DNA of 64,000 nt from contig NC_069004.1 in assembly GCF_001194135.2 (NCBI RefSeq), positions 1,138,618 through 1,202,617 of the forward strand. The letters are read 5' to 3'. The stretch is from Octopus bimaculoides (Eukaryota). The position numbers were made by a program, and so were the translations under genes. Every line of letters begins with the position of its first letter. Positions within the stretch are counted from its first letter, which is position 1. The notes under the pieces were generated by a model. It ran no database searches. It worked only from the letters and a program-made list of their open reading frames with translations, and was not told where the DNA came from. Positions 1-10,752 of the stretch are shown here, piece by piece.

Positions 1-33
<33 letters not shown>

Positions 34-164
34 TTTATTTCACTTATAGCAAACCAATCTATATCTGTGGGTGAAGGGAATGGAGGAGGTAGGTATGCAC
101 TACACATATATCCAAAGGCTCACCGAAGGAATATTAAGTATTAATACATACATACATGTGTGTG

Positions 165-362
165 TTTTGGACTTCACATGATAGCTGTAAATGAGTGCCA
201 CTGTTATACAAGCAGTGTCATTCATTTCTGACATTCTGTGAAAACATATCTAGCAAAGGGGGAAATATTACCTTGCTTGGAAACAGGTGAGGGTTGGTGA
301 CAGGAAAGGCATCAATAAACTCTGTCCAGCTCATGCAAGCATGGAAGAGTGGACATTACAAT
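165..362 (+). mobile_element. Module-C SINE 3' part (other copies 11478-11690 -, 21185-21365 +, 44268-44578 +)
   Basis: ggaaacaggtgagggttggtgacagg..ggcatc...catgcaagcatgga..gtggacatt. Confidence 0.8.
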
Positions 363-385
363 ATTGCTACTGCTGCATAAAGGAA

Positions 386-605
386 TGGCTGTGTGGTAAG
401 AGGCTTGCTTCTCAACCATAAGGTTTTGGGTTCAGTCCCACTGCGTGGCACCTTGGGCAAGTGTCTTCTACTATAACTTTGAGCCAACCAAAGCCTTGTG
501 AGTGGATTTGGTAGATGAAAACTGAAAGAAGCCCATCGTATATATATATATATAGCTGTGTGTCTGTCTTTGTCCTGCTTGACAACTGGTGTTTGTGTGT
601 TAATC
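386..605 (+). mobile_element. Family-1 tRNA-derived SINE (head plus start of 3' module)
   Basis: A-box ggctgtgtggtaag, B-box gggttcagtccc, CORE-like caccttgggcaagt, then gccttgtgagtggatttggtaga; many homologous copies in the window. Confidence 0.9.
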
Positions 606-1016
606 TGGATAGAGTAACTGCAGACTTCTCAATAGTTCAGCATAGGTGCTCTCTTTTCCACTGATCTTCAGCTTTATGTTAACATCCACTGGGCAGCTTA
701 TTTCCACAACTGTCTACAGTTTCTCTTCTCTATCCCAAATCATTATATCAGGTCTGTTTGGGCTTACATTTTATTGAGGTTTTCACTGGGACATATGTAT
801 GTATGTATATATGTATGTATGTATGTATGTATGTAGATTTGTATGTTTTGTTTTATGTATGTATTCTCATGCATATAATTGCATGTCTAGACATGCTCAT
901 TTATGTATGTATGCATTGTAGATATCGTACTTCAATAATTTTGTAAACAGTAAAATATTTGCAAGGGACTAACTGCTACATTACATAAGTTTATTTATCA
1001 AGGCTCCCCTATTTAC

Positions 1017-1205
1017 AAGGATCTGTTGCAAATTTGATGTGTTGGTGATGAATGTTGTAGGCCCTCATTGTCAGTTTTGTTTGTTCATTCAAAACTGGTA
1101 ATTTACGAATAGGTAATGCAATCCTAGTTTGGTAACATCTGGTATTATCTTTGAAGGAATCTGTCCCAGAAGCAGTGTGAAATGTAACACGACCCAAAAA
1201 GAACC
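1017..1205 (-). CDS. Candidate 189-nt symmetric (phase 1-1) exon
   Basis: Acceptor aatttacag|G, donor T|GTAAAT, 63 codons with no stop (FFLGRVTFHTASG...KLTMRAYNIHHQHIKFATDP). Confidence 0.4.
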
Positions 1206-1383
1206 CTGTAAATTTTCAAGACTACAAATTCTTTGTTTCTACTCATGAATTTTCTAAACATTATTACATAAATTTTCAAATGGCAACTCCTATATGTGTA
1301 CAAAAGTACACCAAAATACATATGTACATACATAGAAATATACACATATACATTTATACAAACATGTATATAAATGATATCTA

Positions 1384-1385
<2 letters not shown>

Positions 1386-1455
<70 letters not shown>
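1386..1455. repeat. (TA)n microsatellite (others at 1-31, 17770-17843, 28398-28438, 47818-47853)
   Basis: Direct reading. Confidence 0.97.
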
Positions 1456-1461
<6 letters not shown>

Positions 1462-1892
1462 CATACATACATACACACACACACCAATACATACACACAA
1501 AACATTACTATCTTCATTCCATCCCCTTTGCATTAAGGGGATAAATTTTTGTTAAGCCCTTAATATTCTTTTAATTATTATTTGCTCAAAAAATTCCAAA
1601 ATATAAGCTTTCTTCAACTATATATATATATATATATACATACACATACATATATGCATGCATGTATGTATGTATATCTTTTATGTATTTAAACTTCTGA
1701 CTTGATGCTTAAGTTGTGAAGTGAATGAGGAGAGAAGATTAAAGACAGGTCTGGGAAGGTGGGAGGAAATTACATTTATTTTCTCATTTCTTTCTTTATT
1801 TGATTTTTCAAATATTTAATGTTAAACAGCTGCCTTCTGAGTTACAAAACAGAGAAAGGTAACAACATTTTCGCTCCTCCTCCTCCTCTCAC

Positions 1893-2072
1893 GCACTCCG
1901 TCGTATTCTCTTGAGGGTTTAAGATCAGATTTTTCATCAAAAACTGAATCACGTGACTTGTAAAGGTGCCAGTTTACTGAAAGCAGGTACATACAAGAGG
2001 GCACAGAGGAAGCTAAAATGGCTAAGGTAGCATCGATGTTCTCTTGGAGGAGGCTGAGCTCAGATCCATTTA
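1893..2072 (-). CDS. Candidate 180-nt symmetric (phase 1-1) exon, FN3-like LKPSREY motif
   Basis: Stop-free NGSELSLLQENIDATLAILASSVPSCMYLLSVNWHLYKSRDSVFDEKSDLKPSREYDGV; donor C|GTGAGA; acceptor weak (gaaccag|). The upstream duplicate shows synonymous-type differences, which supports coding ancestry. Confidence 0.4.
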
Positions 2073-2261
2073 CTGGTTCGTTTGAGTTGTAAAGGTGCCA
2101 GTTCAGTTATAGAATGGCCCAGGGTGTAATGGAAGAGCCAAAGAGGCTGATGTAGCTTCAATAATATTCAGTTTTGGAAACTGATGAACATCTAAATTCT
2201 TAACTTGATAACTATGGAAATTGTTGCAGTCTCATATTTTTTTATTATCTATTTTTTTCTA

Positions 2262-2620
2262 TCTTTTTCTTGTTTCAGTCACTTGACTGTGGCCATGCTG
2301 GGGCACTGCCCTGAAAGGTTTAGTTGAGCAAATTGTCCCCAGTACTTATTTTTAAGCCTGATACTTTTTCTGTGAGTCTTTATTGCCAAAACACTAACTT
2401 ATGGGGATGTAAACAAACCAACACCAGTTGCCACATGATAGGGATGGGGACAAACACACACACACATTGGGTTTTGACACAGTTTCTATCCATCAAATTC
2501 ATTCACAAAGCATTGGCTGGTTCATGTCTACAGTTGAAGACACTTTCCTGAAATGTGTCACTGAGATTGAACCCAAAACCACATGGTTGGGAAGCAATCT
2601 TCATAGCCACACAGCCATGC
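2262..2620 (-). mobile_element. Family-1 SINE, near full length, module-B tail
   Basis: Reverse complement of head + (TG)n + module B ending gactgaaacaag. Confidence 0.9.
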
Positions 2621-2884
2621 ATTCACCTATGGTGCACATGACATTATAGAAAAATTCTCTAAAAAAACAAACAAAAAAAAAAACGTAAAATAAATTATAA
2701 ATAACATATGCCTATCATTTATCTCTCAAATTAGGGACACATGAAACGAAAAAGTTTTGTAGTTACACTAAACTCCCAACGTTACACAATCAGGCTGTTA
2801 CTTAACACACTGTTGAAACCCTAGCACAAAACTGACAGGTAGCATTGGCTGTAATGGACATATAATACTATATATATATATAAT

Positions 2885-2942
<58 letters not shown>

Positions 2943-3026
2943 NNNNNNNNNNNNNNNNNNNNNNNNNNNNNNNNNNNNNNNNNNNNNNNNNNNNNNNNNN
3001 NNNNNNNNNNNNNNNNNNNNNNNNNN

Positions 3027-3061
<35 letters not shown>

Positions 3062-3062
3062 A

Positions 3063-3103
<41 letters not shown>

Positions 3104-3167
3104 TAGAGATGTGTATATATATATGCATGCATGTATATGTATTTTAAAAACATTTTTATCATACTGT

Positions 3168-3310
3168 CATCCAAATTCATAGACAAGGGATTGGTCAATC
3201 TGGGGCTAGAGTTGAAGACACATAAGACATTTTCCCAAGATGCTGCACAGTGGGACTGAACCTGAAACTAAGTAGTTGCAAAGTGAGCTCCTTAACCACA
3301 CAGCCATGCC
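3168..3310 (-). mobile_element. Family-1 SINE head
   Basis: cagtgggactgaacc...cttaaccacacagcc. Confidence 0.85.
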
Positions 3311-5589
3311 TATACGCCCCTGTGTACACAGTCACACATGCACACAGAGTCTATATATTGTTGGTTGTAGCATGAACAACGATGATGTAACAGCTGGAAA
3401 TGGTTAGAGAAACACATTTCAACTTAGACATTTTGGTTTATATTTTTATGGGATATTCTTGCAAGTTTAAGCTTCCCAAACCATCTGTCTTAAAGAATAA
3501 ATGTCTGGGAGTGTGTTTACAGTGTGTATTGAATCATATGGAATATAATGGAACAATAAAATTGTTTATCATTGGCAATTAAAAGTGTTTGCTTGGAGCA
3601 ATATTAACGAATGGGGTCAATTGTTATTCCGCATTAATGTCATCATAATTTTACTTTCTGTTTTTCATTTCTATGATAAAAGTTGTTCAGAATCATTTAT
3701 TGCGGTTCCGCTGCAGCATCTTTCAGATCCTCCCAAAGCAGTTTCTATGCAGTCACTAGACCTGCTAGAAATAGCAGCCAAGTCAATCTCTCTCTCTCTC
3801 AAATTACATCCTACTGTCTTTAAAAAAATGGCATACTGGACAAAGTGGTGGTACAATATATCTTTTATCTTTTATATTTGTTTCAGTCATTGGACCGAGG
3901 CCATGCTGGGGCACCATCTTGAAGTGTTTAGTTGAACAAATTGATAAATTGACCCCAGTACACATTTTTAAGTTGGGTACTTAATTCTACTGGTTTCTTT
4001 GACCAAATTGCTAAGTTAGGGGGATGTAAACAAACCAAGAATGGTTGTTGTGTGGTGGCAGGGGACAAACACCAGTTGTTTCCTCAACTTATCTGCACTC
4101 AACATGTCTGTCCTGTCCACAATGGAGACAAATGAGTTGAATATTGATCTGCCAAAGACACAATTCTTTAATTGAAGTTCCTTTGCTTTGCTTCAAAAAC
4201 TGAGTATTACACCGTTAGAAATAGCAACCACGTTATCATCACTCCCGCCATTTTCAAAAAAAAAGAAAGAAAGAAAAAGAAAAACCAAAGCCGACTCTGT
4301 TGGATTATTTAGTCTGGGATATTCCACTGCAGAGGATTGTAATGTAATCTAGATTCCAAATAACAAAAGGGAGCATGGATGAGTGGAAATAGATTAACCC
4401 AATAAACCAGGAAGGGCAGAAAATGAAATACATGGTATAACCCTCCTTATCAATTAAATATTCATCCTGATATCATCAGAGCTTTCTTAAACATCATAAA
4501 CAAGTCTTTCTCCATAGATCACAAACATAAGATAATAAAATTAGTGTTAAGGTGAGATACAGAGGCAGAAAAAAAATTTCACTGCTTCCACAGCCAATAG
4601 AAAAAGGAAAACCCTTTTCTGTACAAATGTGGAATAGCCCTAATATCTGCGCTCTCAACTGGAGGTGTTTTTCTAATTAGTTTATGGAGTTATGGTCTCT
4701 TTCAGATAATAGGGAAACAAAAAGAACTTCCTGAAAACCCCTTTACAAAAATAGTCTGGTAACACACACACACACATATATATATATGCTTGAATAGTAA
4801 GATACCTCACAACATCCCTATCCAAAAACAGCTAAAGTTTAAATGATGATAATATTAGCAATTATAAAACCTTTTGGAAACATGAACATTTTGTGTTGTT
4901 GGATGTAAATAGAGAAAAATATTTTCAAGTTATGCACCTGACAACTTAATAGACGAATCTTTGATGCATCCACTAACAGCTTTTCCAGGAACCAATCAAA
5001 TCTCTATCTACTGCTGACCTTCATATTGCAATGTGTGTATGTTAAAGTTTTTGCTTACATGTTGTTATGTTGCTTCCCCACTTTAATTGTTGATTAATTG
5101 GTTCTATGAAACTCAGAGTTAAGAATCAAGAAACCTCAACTTCTAATAAAATACACAATATACATATATATATAATTTTGCAGTGTTAACCAGTTGTTAG
5201 GACTTGATGTACTAGAGTAAAGAGTCTAGTGGGTATAGTGCACTAATTTACAAGCAAGAACATCAAATTCCAGTGATCCCTACACAAGTTTACTGAGCAA
5301 CCATTTTCCACAGCATCTTGTACAATATCAATAAGCTCGTACCATTTATACTAAGGCACACATATCTGGGTTTCATTTAATTATTTAATTAACTTCAATA
5401 TTTAATTCAAAGGTGATCATCTCTGGCTTGAAAAAAAAATCAGTTATCTAAAATGGTTTTGGTACCAAAGGTTCCAGAAAACCAAAGTTATACAGAATGT
5501 ATATCACTGCATCGATCAGACTATTAGATGTTATATACCACTGGTCACAATGCACTTCCAATTCTTTCTCGACTGCACCACTCTTAACC

Positions 5590-6230
5590 ATTTTGGCCTA
5601 AATCCTTTGATTTAGTTATCCTCCCATCACTATGGAGGATTCTGAATGGCCTTTTCTCATCTCCTGGATATTACTTGCCAACTACAAGGATCCACCTGTC
5701 ATCCGTGAACATTGCAACATGCCCAATCCACTGGATTTTGCCCTTTTGGTATTCTGCGATCATTTCACTCATTCTGCTTCATTCTCAAATTATTTCATTT
5801 CGCTATCCTCTCACAACGATATTCCCAGCATGGATCTGTCCACGGCTCTTTGCGTGGTCACCAATCAATGTTCTTCCCTCTATAACCCATGTCTCACTCG
5901 TGGAAGGTTCTAGCACGTATGGGTCTTATCCAGCATTGCTTTGAGCATGTTCTCTATTGAGATAAATACCTTCCATCTTGCTTATATTCTCTTTGAGAGT
6001 TCAACAGTCATGTATGCTTCAGTGCATGTTCCCTGTGTACCCCAAGTAGACGTATCCCTTTACCTGCCTGACTTCATTGCTTCCCACCTCTATTCAGCCT
6101 TCAGTGCATAGGGTTATGTAGTGAGTCACAAAACATCAATATTTCACCATTTAAGCGAGGTCCCAGCCGTACGGTGGCCCTGTACAAACGGTCTCCCTCT
6201 CTATCATATCACGTACAGCCTGCAGTGTGT
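5590..6230 (-). mobile_element. Decayed RTE-clade LINE, 3' part of RT ORF
   Basis: Broken translation SETW...LVTTQRAVDRSMLGISL...KIQWIGHVAMFTDDRWILVVGK*YPGDEKRP matches the RTE C-terminal pattern (TQRAMERSMLG / WAGHVAR..D.RW...W.P...KRP). Confidence 0.85.
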
Positions 6231-6464
6231 ATAAAGTTGATATTTAATGGCCAAAGTTGAAGCTGTTGATATTTTCATCATTGATTTACTGACAACATTC
6301 CCTCATCAGCTTAAATAAATTACTTGACCTTTAACGAACTCGGAAGATAAAAACTTCAGTGTCAACATCTCTTGAATTTTCATGCAAACAACATTAGATA
6401 AGCACGCACATAATTAAATTAAATAATTTGCATAAAGAGACAAACAGTAATTTAGTATTTTTAT

Positions 6465-6838
6465 TCTTTTGCTTGTTTCAGTCATCAGACTCAGGCCATG
6501 CTGGAGCAGCACCTTGAAGGGTTCCAGTTCAACAAATTAACCCCAGTATTTATTTCTGTTTTTAAAGTCTGGTACTTAGTTTATCATTCTCTTTTGCTGA
6601 ACTGTTATGTTACAGGGGAATAAACAAACCAACACTGGTGGTCGAATGGTGGTGGGAGACAAAGACAACATAAACATAATAACACACACACACACATACA
6701 TGACAGGCTTCTTCACAATATCCATCTACCAAATTCAATCAAAGAGCTATAGTAGCAGACATTTGCTCTAAGTGCTGCATAGTAGGATTGAACCTGAAAC
6801 CAAGTGGTTGCCAAGCGAGCTTCTTAACCACACAACCG
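6465..6838 (-). mobile_element. Family-1 SINE, near full length, module-B tail
   Basis: Homologous to 2262-2620 along its length. Confidence 0.9.
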
Positions 6839-7284
6839 GATATAATCATATTATATAATTTGCATAATGAAGCAGAGACGCACAGAATAATTTGGTTGCA
6901 AGAAAATTACTCATTAAGAAATAGCTAAATAAATAACGAACTTTAAATAATTGCGATTCCAAAGACAGACATTGAATAACAGTCGATAATAAAGGTTCAT
7001 TGCAATGTAAGATGATGAGGAGATAGGCCAGCGAAATAACTTACAGCCTCGAGTAATTATCAGACGAGCAGGCAGGCGGAACGAATGTATTACAAGATGT
7101 TATATTTATTTATTTAAAAAAAAAAAAAATAACAAGAAAAAAAAAAGAAACTCAACTATCAAATATAAAGTTACAGCGATTTGGTTTAAAAAGTATATAT
7201 CAGCACTTAATGATAGAGCTAGTGGTGGTGGTCGTGGTGAGGGTGGGGAATGAAGATTAAAAGACAATATATATGTATACACAT

Positions 7285-7316
<32 letters not shown>

Positions 7317-7716
7317 CTTCTAAGCGTTTTGTGGTGTATTTCGTAAAAGAAACTCGAGCTGGAGACTATCAGTTGGAGAGGTGATTATTCATTCAAAGAA
7401 GGCTTCCAGAGGAATATAATTCTACTTAAGGCTTGGCAATACATAAATGAATTAAATATGCAACCATTGGTAGTGGCAGTGAGATTATATTCCCCCTGGC
7501 AAACGACCACCAAGACGCCAGTTCTGAAGAATCTCTCTGAGGAAGGAGTAAGAAATCAAAGCCCAAACGGCATCAGTCTTTTTATTCCAAAAAACCATTT
7601 TGGAGTTTTTGGTGGACTCCAAACCTTGAACTTGGATTTTCTAAGGAATTTGTGTCTCCTTTGATAGATAACAATACAAAAAAAAAAAAAAGAATCCTGT
7701 AGCTATGCGACAGGCA

Positions 7717-7858
7717 GATTCAGCTGTGTGGTTGAAAAACCCAATTCCTAACAATGTAGTCTTGGGTTCGGTCCCACTGCACAGTGTCTCCTACTGTAGC
7801 CCTGGGCCAACTAAAGCCTTCTGAGTGAATTTGGTAAAAGGAAACTGAAAGAAGCCTG

Positions 7859-7897
<39 letters not shown>

Positions 7898-8020
7898 ACC
7901 ACTGCTTGACAACCAGTGTTGGTTTGTTTACATCCCAATAATCTAGCAGTTCTGAAAAAGATAAAAAAAAAGAATATCTACCAGGCTTAAAAAATAAATA
8001 CTAGGCTTGATTTGTTCAGC
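7717..8020 (+). mobile_element. Family-1 SINE, module-B tail truncated
   Basis: Head, internal (TG)n, accactgcttgacaaccagtgttgg. Confidence 0.9.
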
Positions 8021-8389
8021 CCTTCAATTACACTGCAAACAAAAACCTATAAAAACAAATCAGATGAATGAAAGAAAAACACCAATTTCTCTTCTGTGAT
8101 AATATTGTGTTTGGCACTAAACACGTTTTCCTATGATCTTAGAGTTTTCAAGTCAATAAGGTCGTGTTTGTTTAAGTTCTCCAAGAACCGCCATACAGCC
8201 ATGTGGCTCATGGATCAGCTTACATTTCTAAAAATAGATTTTTGGCTCCAAAGTTTAAAACCACAGCATTTGGTTTACCGTTTCAAAAGAATGCAGCGAA
8301 ATATCAACTGACACAATTCCAATGTCAGTAGAATTCGAATTAGATAATGTAATTTAGTCAGAGATATACGGAAAGGAAGAGAGAAATAA

Positions 8390-8617
8390 TGATAATAATA
8401 ATAACCCTTTCTACTGTAGGCACAAGGCCTGAAATTTTGGGGGAGGGGGCCAGTTGATCACATCGACCCTAGTGCGTAACTGGTACTTAATTTATTGACC
8501 CTGAAAGGATGAAAGGAAAAGTTGACCTCAGTGGAATTTGAACTCAGAATGTAGCAACAGACGAAATACCACCGAGCATTTCAACTGACGTGCTAATGGT
8601 TCTGCCAGCTCACCACC

Positions 8618-8620
<3 letters not shown>
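8390..8620 (-). mobile_element. Family-2 tRNA-derived SINE, flanked by (AAT)n at both ends
   Basis: Reverse complement of aaggtggtgagctggcagaa...gagttcaaattccac...ctttcatcctttcaggg...aagtaccagt; the central part resembles the Meta-SINE domain as recalled. Confidence 0.9.
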
Positions 8621-8663
<43 letters not shown>

Positions 8664-8826
8664 TAATAATGATAATAATAGAAAGAGACAAAGAAAAAGA
8701 ACAACAGCAAAACATTGATTGAAATAGTAGTGTTAAGTAATATCACATAGTGACTTCAACTTCATATCCAGTTTATATTTTTAAGTGAGAGATTCAAACA
8801 AAAATTAATATAAAATAGTCACTTAC

Positions 8827-8919
8827 TGTTTTGGATCAGCTCAGGTAAGCAGGAGTCACCAGAAGATATAAACATTCAAATCAAACCATTTGTACACTCA
8901 AGAAGATAATAACACTTAC
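8827..8919 (-). other. Candidate 93-nt phase 1-1 exon or recursive-splice (AG|GT) exon; in-frame TGA at 8878-8876
   Basis: Pyrimidine tract of about 25 nt plus ttacag followed immediately by GTAAGT; second donor A|GTAAGT 93 nt later; reads GKCYYLLECTNGLI*MFISSGDSCLPELIQN. Confidence 0.4.
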
Positions 8920-9232
8920 CTGTAACGAGAAAAAGAAAAAAAAAACAAAATCAATTTAAGAAATCTCACAGAACAACAGACACAGTTTGGCATGAAGGAA
9001 TGTGTCTCAGATTCCCTTTATAAAAGGTACATTACAACCAAAATGCACCGAGAGTAGAAAATTGATAGGAAACTGGAGAAAGTGAATTATGAGTAGTGAT
9101 GTATTGATGAAGGTGTGAATATAACAGAAAATAGAGAAAACATTAGGGGGGGGGGGGGTGAGGTGGATATGCAACGAGAAGAAAGAAAGAAAAAAAGAGC
9201 CATTGTTTAATCTTTTTTGTTACCATAGGAAC

Positions 9233-9598
9233 AGGCATGAATGTGTGTTAAGAAGTTTGCTTCTCAATCACATGGTTCTGGGTTCAGTCCCACTGCATGG
9301 CACTTTGGGCAAGTGTCTTCTACTCGAGCCTTGGACTGACCAAAACCTGGATTTGGCAGAAGGAAACTGAAAGATGACCATCGTCTATGTGTGTGTGTGT
9401 CCCACCACTGCTTGATAACCAGTGTCGGTGTGTTTATGTCCCTGTAACCTAGTGGTTCAACAAAACAGGCAGATAGAATATGTATCACCAGCCTTAACAA
9501 AAAATAAATACTGGGGGGTCAATTCATTCAGCTAAAATTTCTTCAAGGCAGTGCCCCAGCATGGCCGTAGTCTAATGACTGAAACAAGTAAAAGTTAT
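9233..9598 (+). mobile_element. Family-1 SINE, full length, module-B tail
   Basis: Head to ccccagcatggcc...gactgaaacaagtaaaag. Confidence 0.9.
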
Positions 9599-9684
9599 TT
9601 CTGTTGAAGAACTGTGTTTGCATGGGTTGGATGGAATTTGTCGGGGAACATCTGCTATGGTCAGGTGATGCATATATGACATAT

Positions 9685-9850
9685 ATGACAGGCTTCTTTC
9701 AGTTTCCGTCAACCAAATCCACTCACAAGGCTCCAGGTGACCCAAGGCTATAGTAGAACAAAACTTGCCCAAGGTGCCACATAGTGGGACTGAACCCGGA
9801 ATCATGTGGTTGGAAAGAAAACTTTTTACCACACTGCCACGACTGTGCCT
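9685..9850 (-). mobile_element. Family-1 SINE head, inverted relative to 9233-9598
   Basis: ttgcccaaggtgccacatagtgggactgaacccgg. Confidence 0.9.
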
Positions 9851-10711
9851 TGTTAATATAATTTTAGTTTTCTGAACTATTTATCTCACCTTTGTAGTAT
9901 ATATTTACAGGAAGAACACATTGAAAGGGGCAACTCTGCAACACAGACTGGCAGCCCTTTCAGTGAGAATGTCATGAGTTTGATCACTTATACACCACAG
10001 GGACCAGATAACTCGCCTGATGAGTTGCAGACCTCAAGACAGAACAAAGTTAAATAAGTTAAGAATATGCTTCACTGAAGAGGTCTAATAATGTTGAAAC
10101 ATGTCCATTACTTTCACCTGTCGGCTTTAAAGACCCCATTTCTAATCTGTATTTTCTTTATTGTCCAAATATTTCAACCAATAATCTTATTGGCGTCACC
10201 TCCCTTGCTTGTTTTGTTTTGTGGACTCCCTTGATAGAGACAAGCCTTAAAGGGATTGTGTATACTAGTTGCTTGGGTAACTTAGGTTAATCAAACCTTT
10301 CAACATGCAATATTACGTATGTGAGACCCTACCATGTTTGCATTTAACATGCAGAATGCTCGCCTCAGTTATTTCTTTCCCCATCAGCCATATTATTTTA
10401 AGCAAACGACCTAGCTGTAATAACATCAAGACGAAGAACCAACATGGCTGATGCTGCACAGTGGGTTCATTTTATGACTAATACCTCATTCACGAGTTTT
10501 AACTCTCCCAAAAATCTTATCTAACTCACGCCTTTCTTCCCTCCTTCCAAATCTCCTCCAGTCTAACCTCTGGCACTGTTACACCCATATACTGCAAGCA
10601 GTCAACATATTTTCTTTATACACACATCACATCGCATCACACATTCCTCATATGCACTCCTAAAGCAATAAGAAACTATGAAGTCTCTAATATATATGTG
10701 TATATATATGC

Positions 10712-10752
<41 letters not shown>

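Noticed and set aside
386-470. tRNA-like A/B boxes here and in about 30 other places
   Set aside because: SINE heads: they continue into SINE bodies and cannot form a cloverleaf.
1893-7658. Short resemblances to insulin receptor (GLES.K, ALISYSFLRE, FPKL, LKPSR...RRRR) and to FN3-rich receptor phosphatases
   Set aside because: Matches are short, in different frames and out of order; RRRR derives from a GGA repeat. Not enough for a gene symbol.
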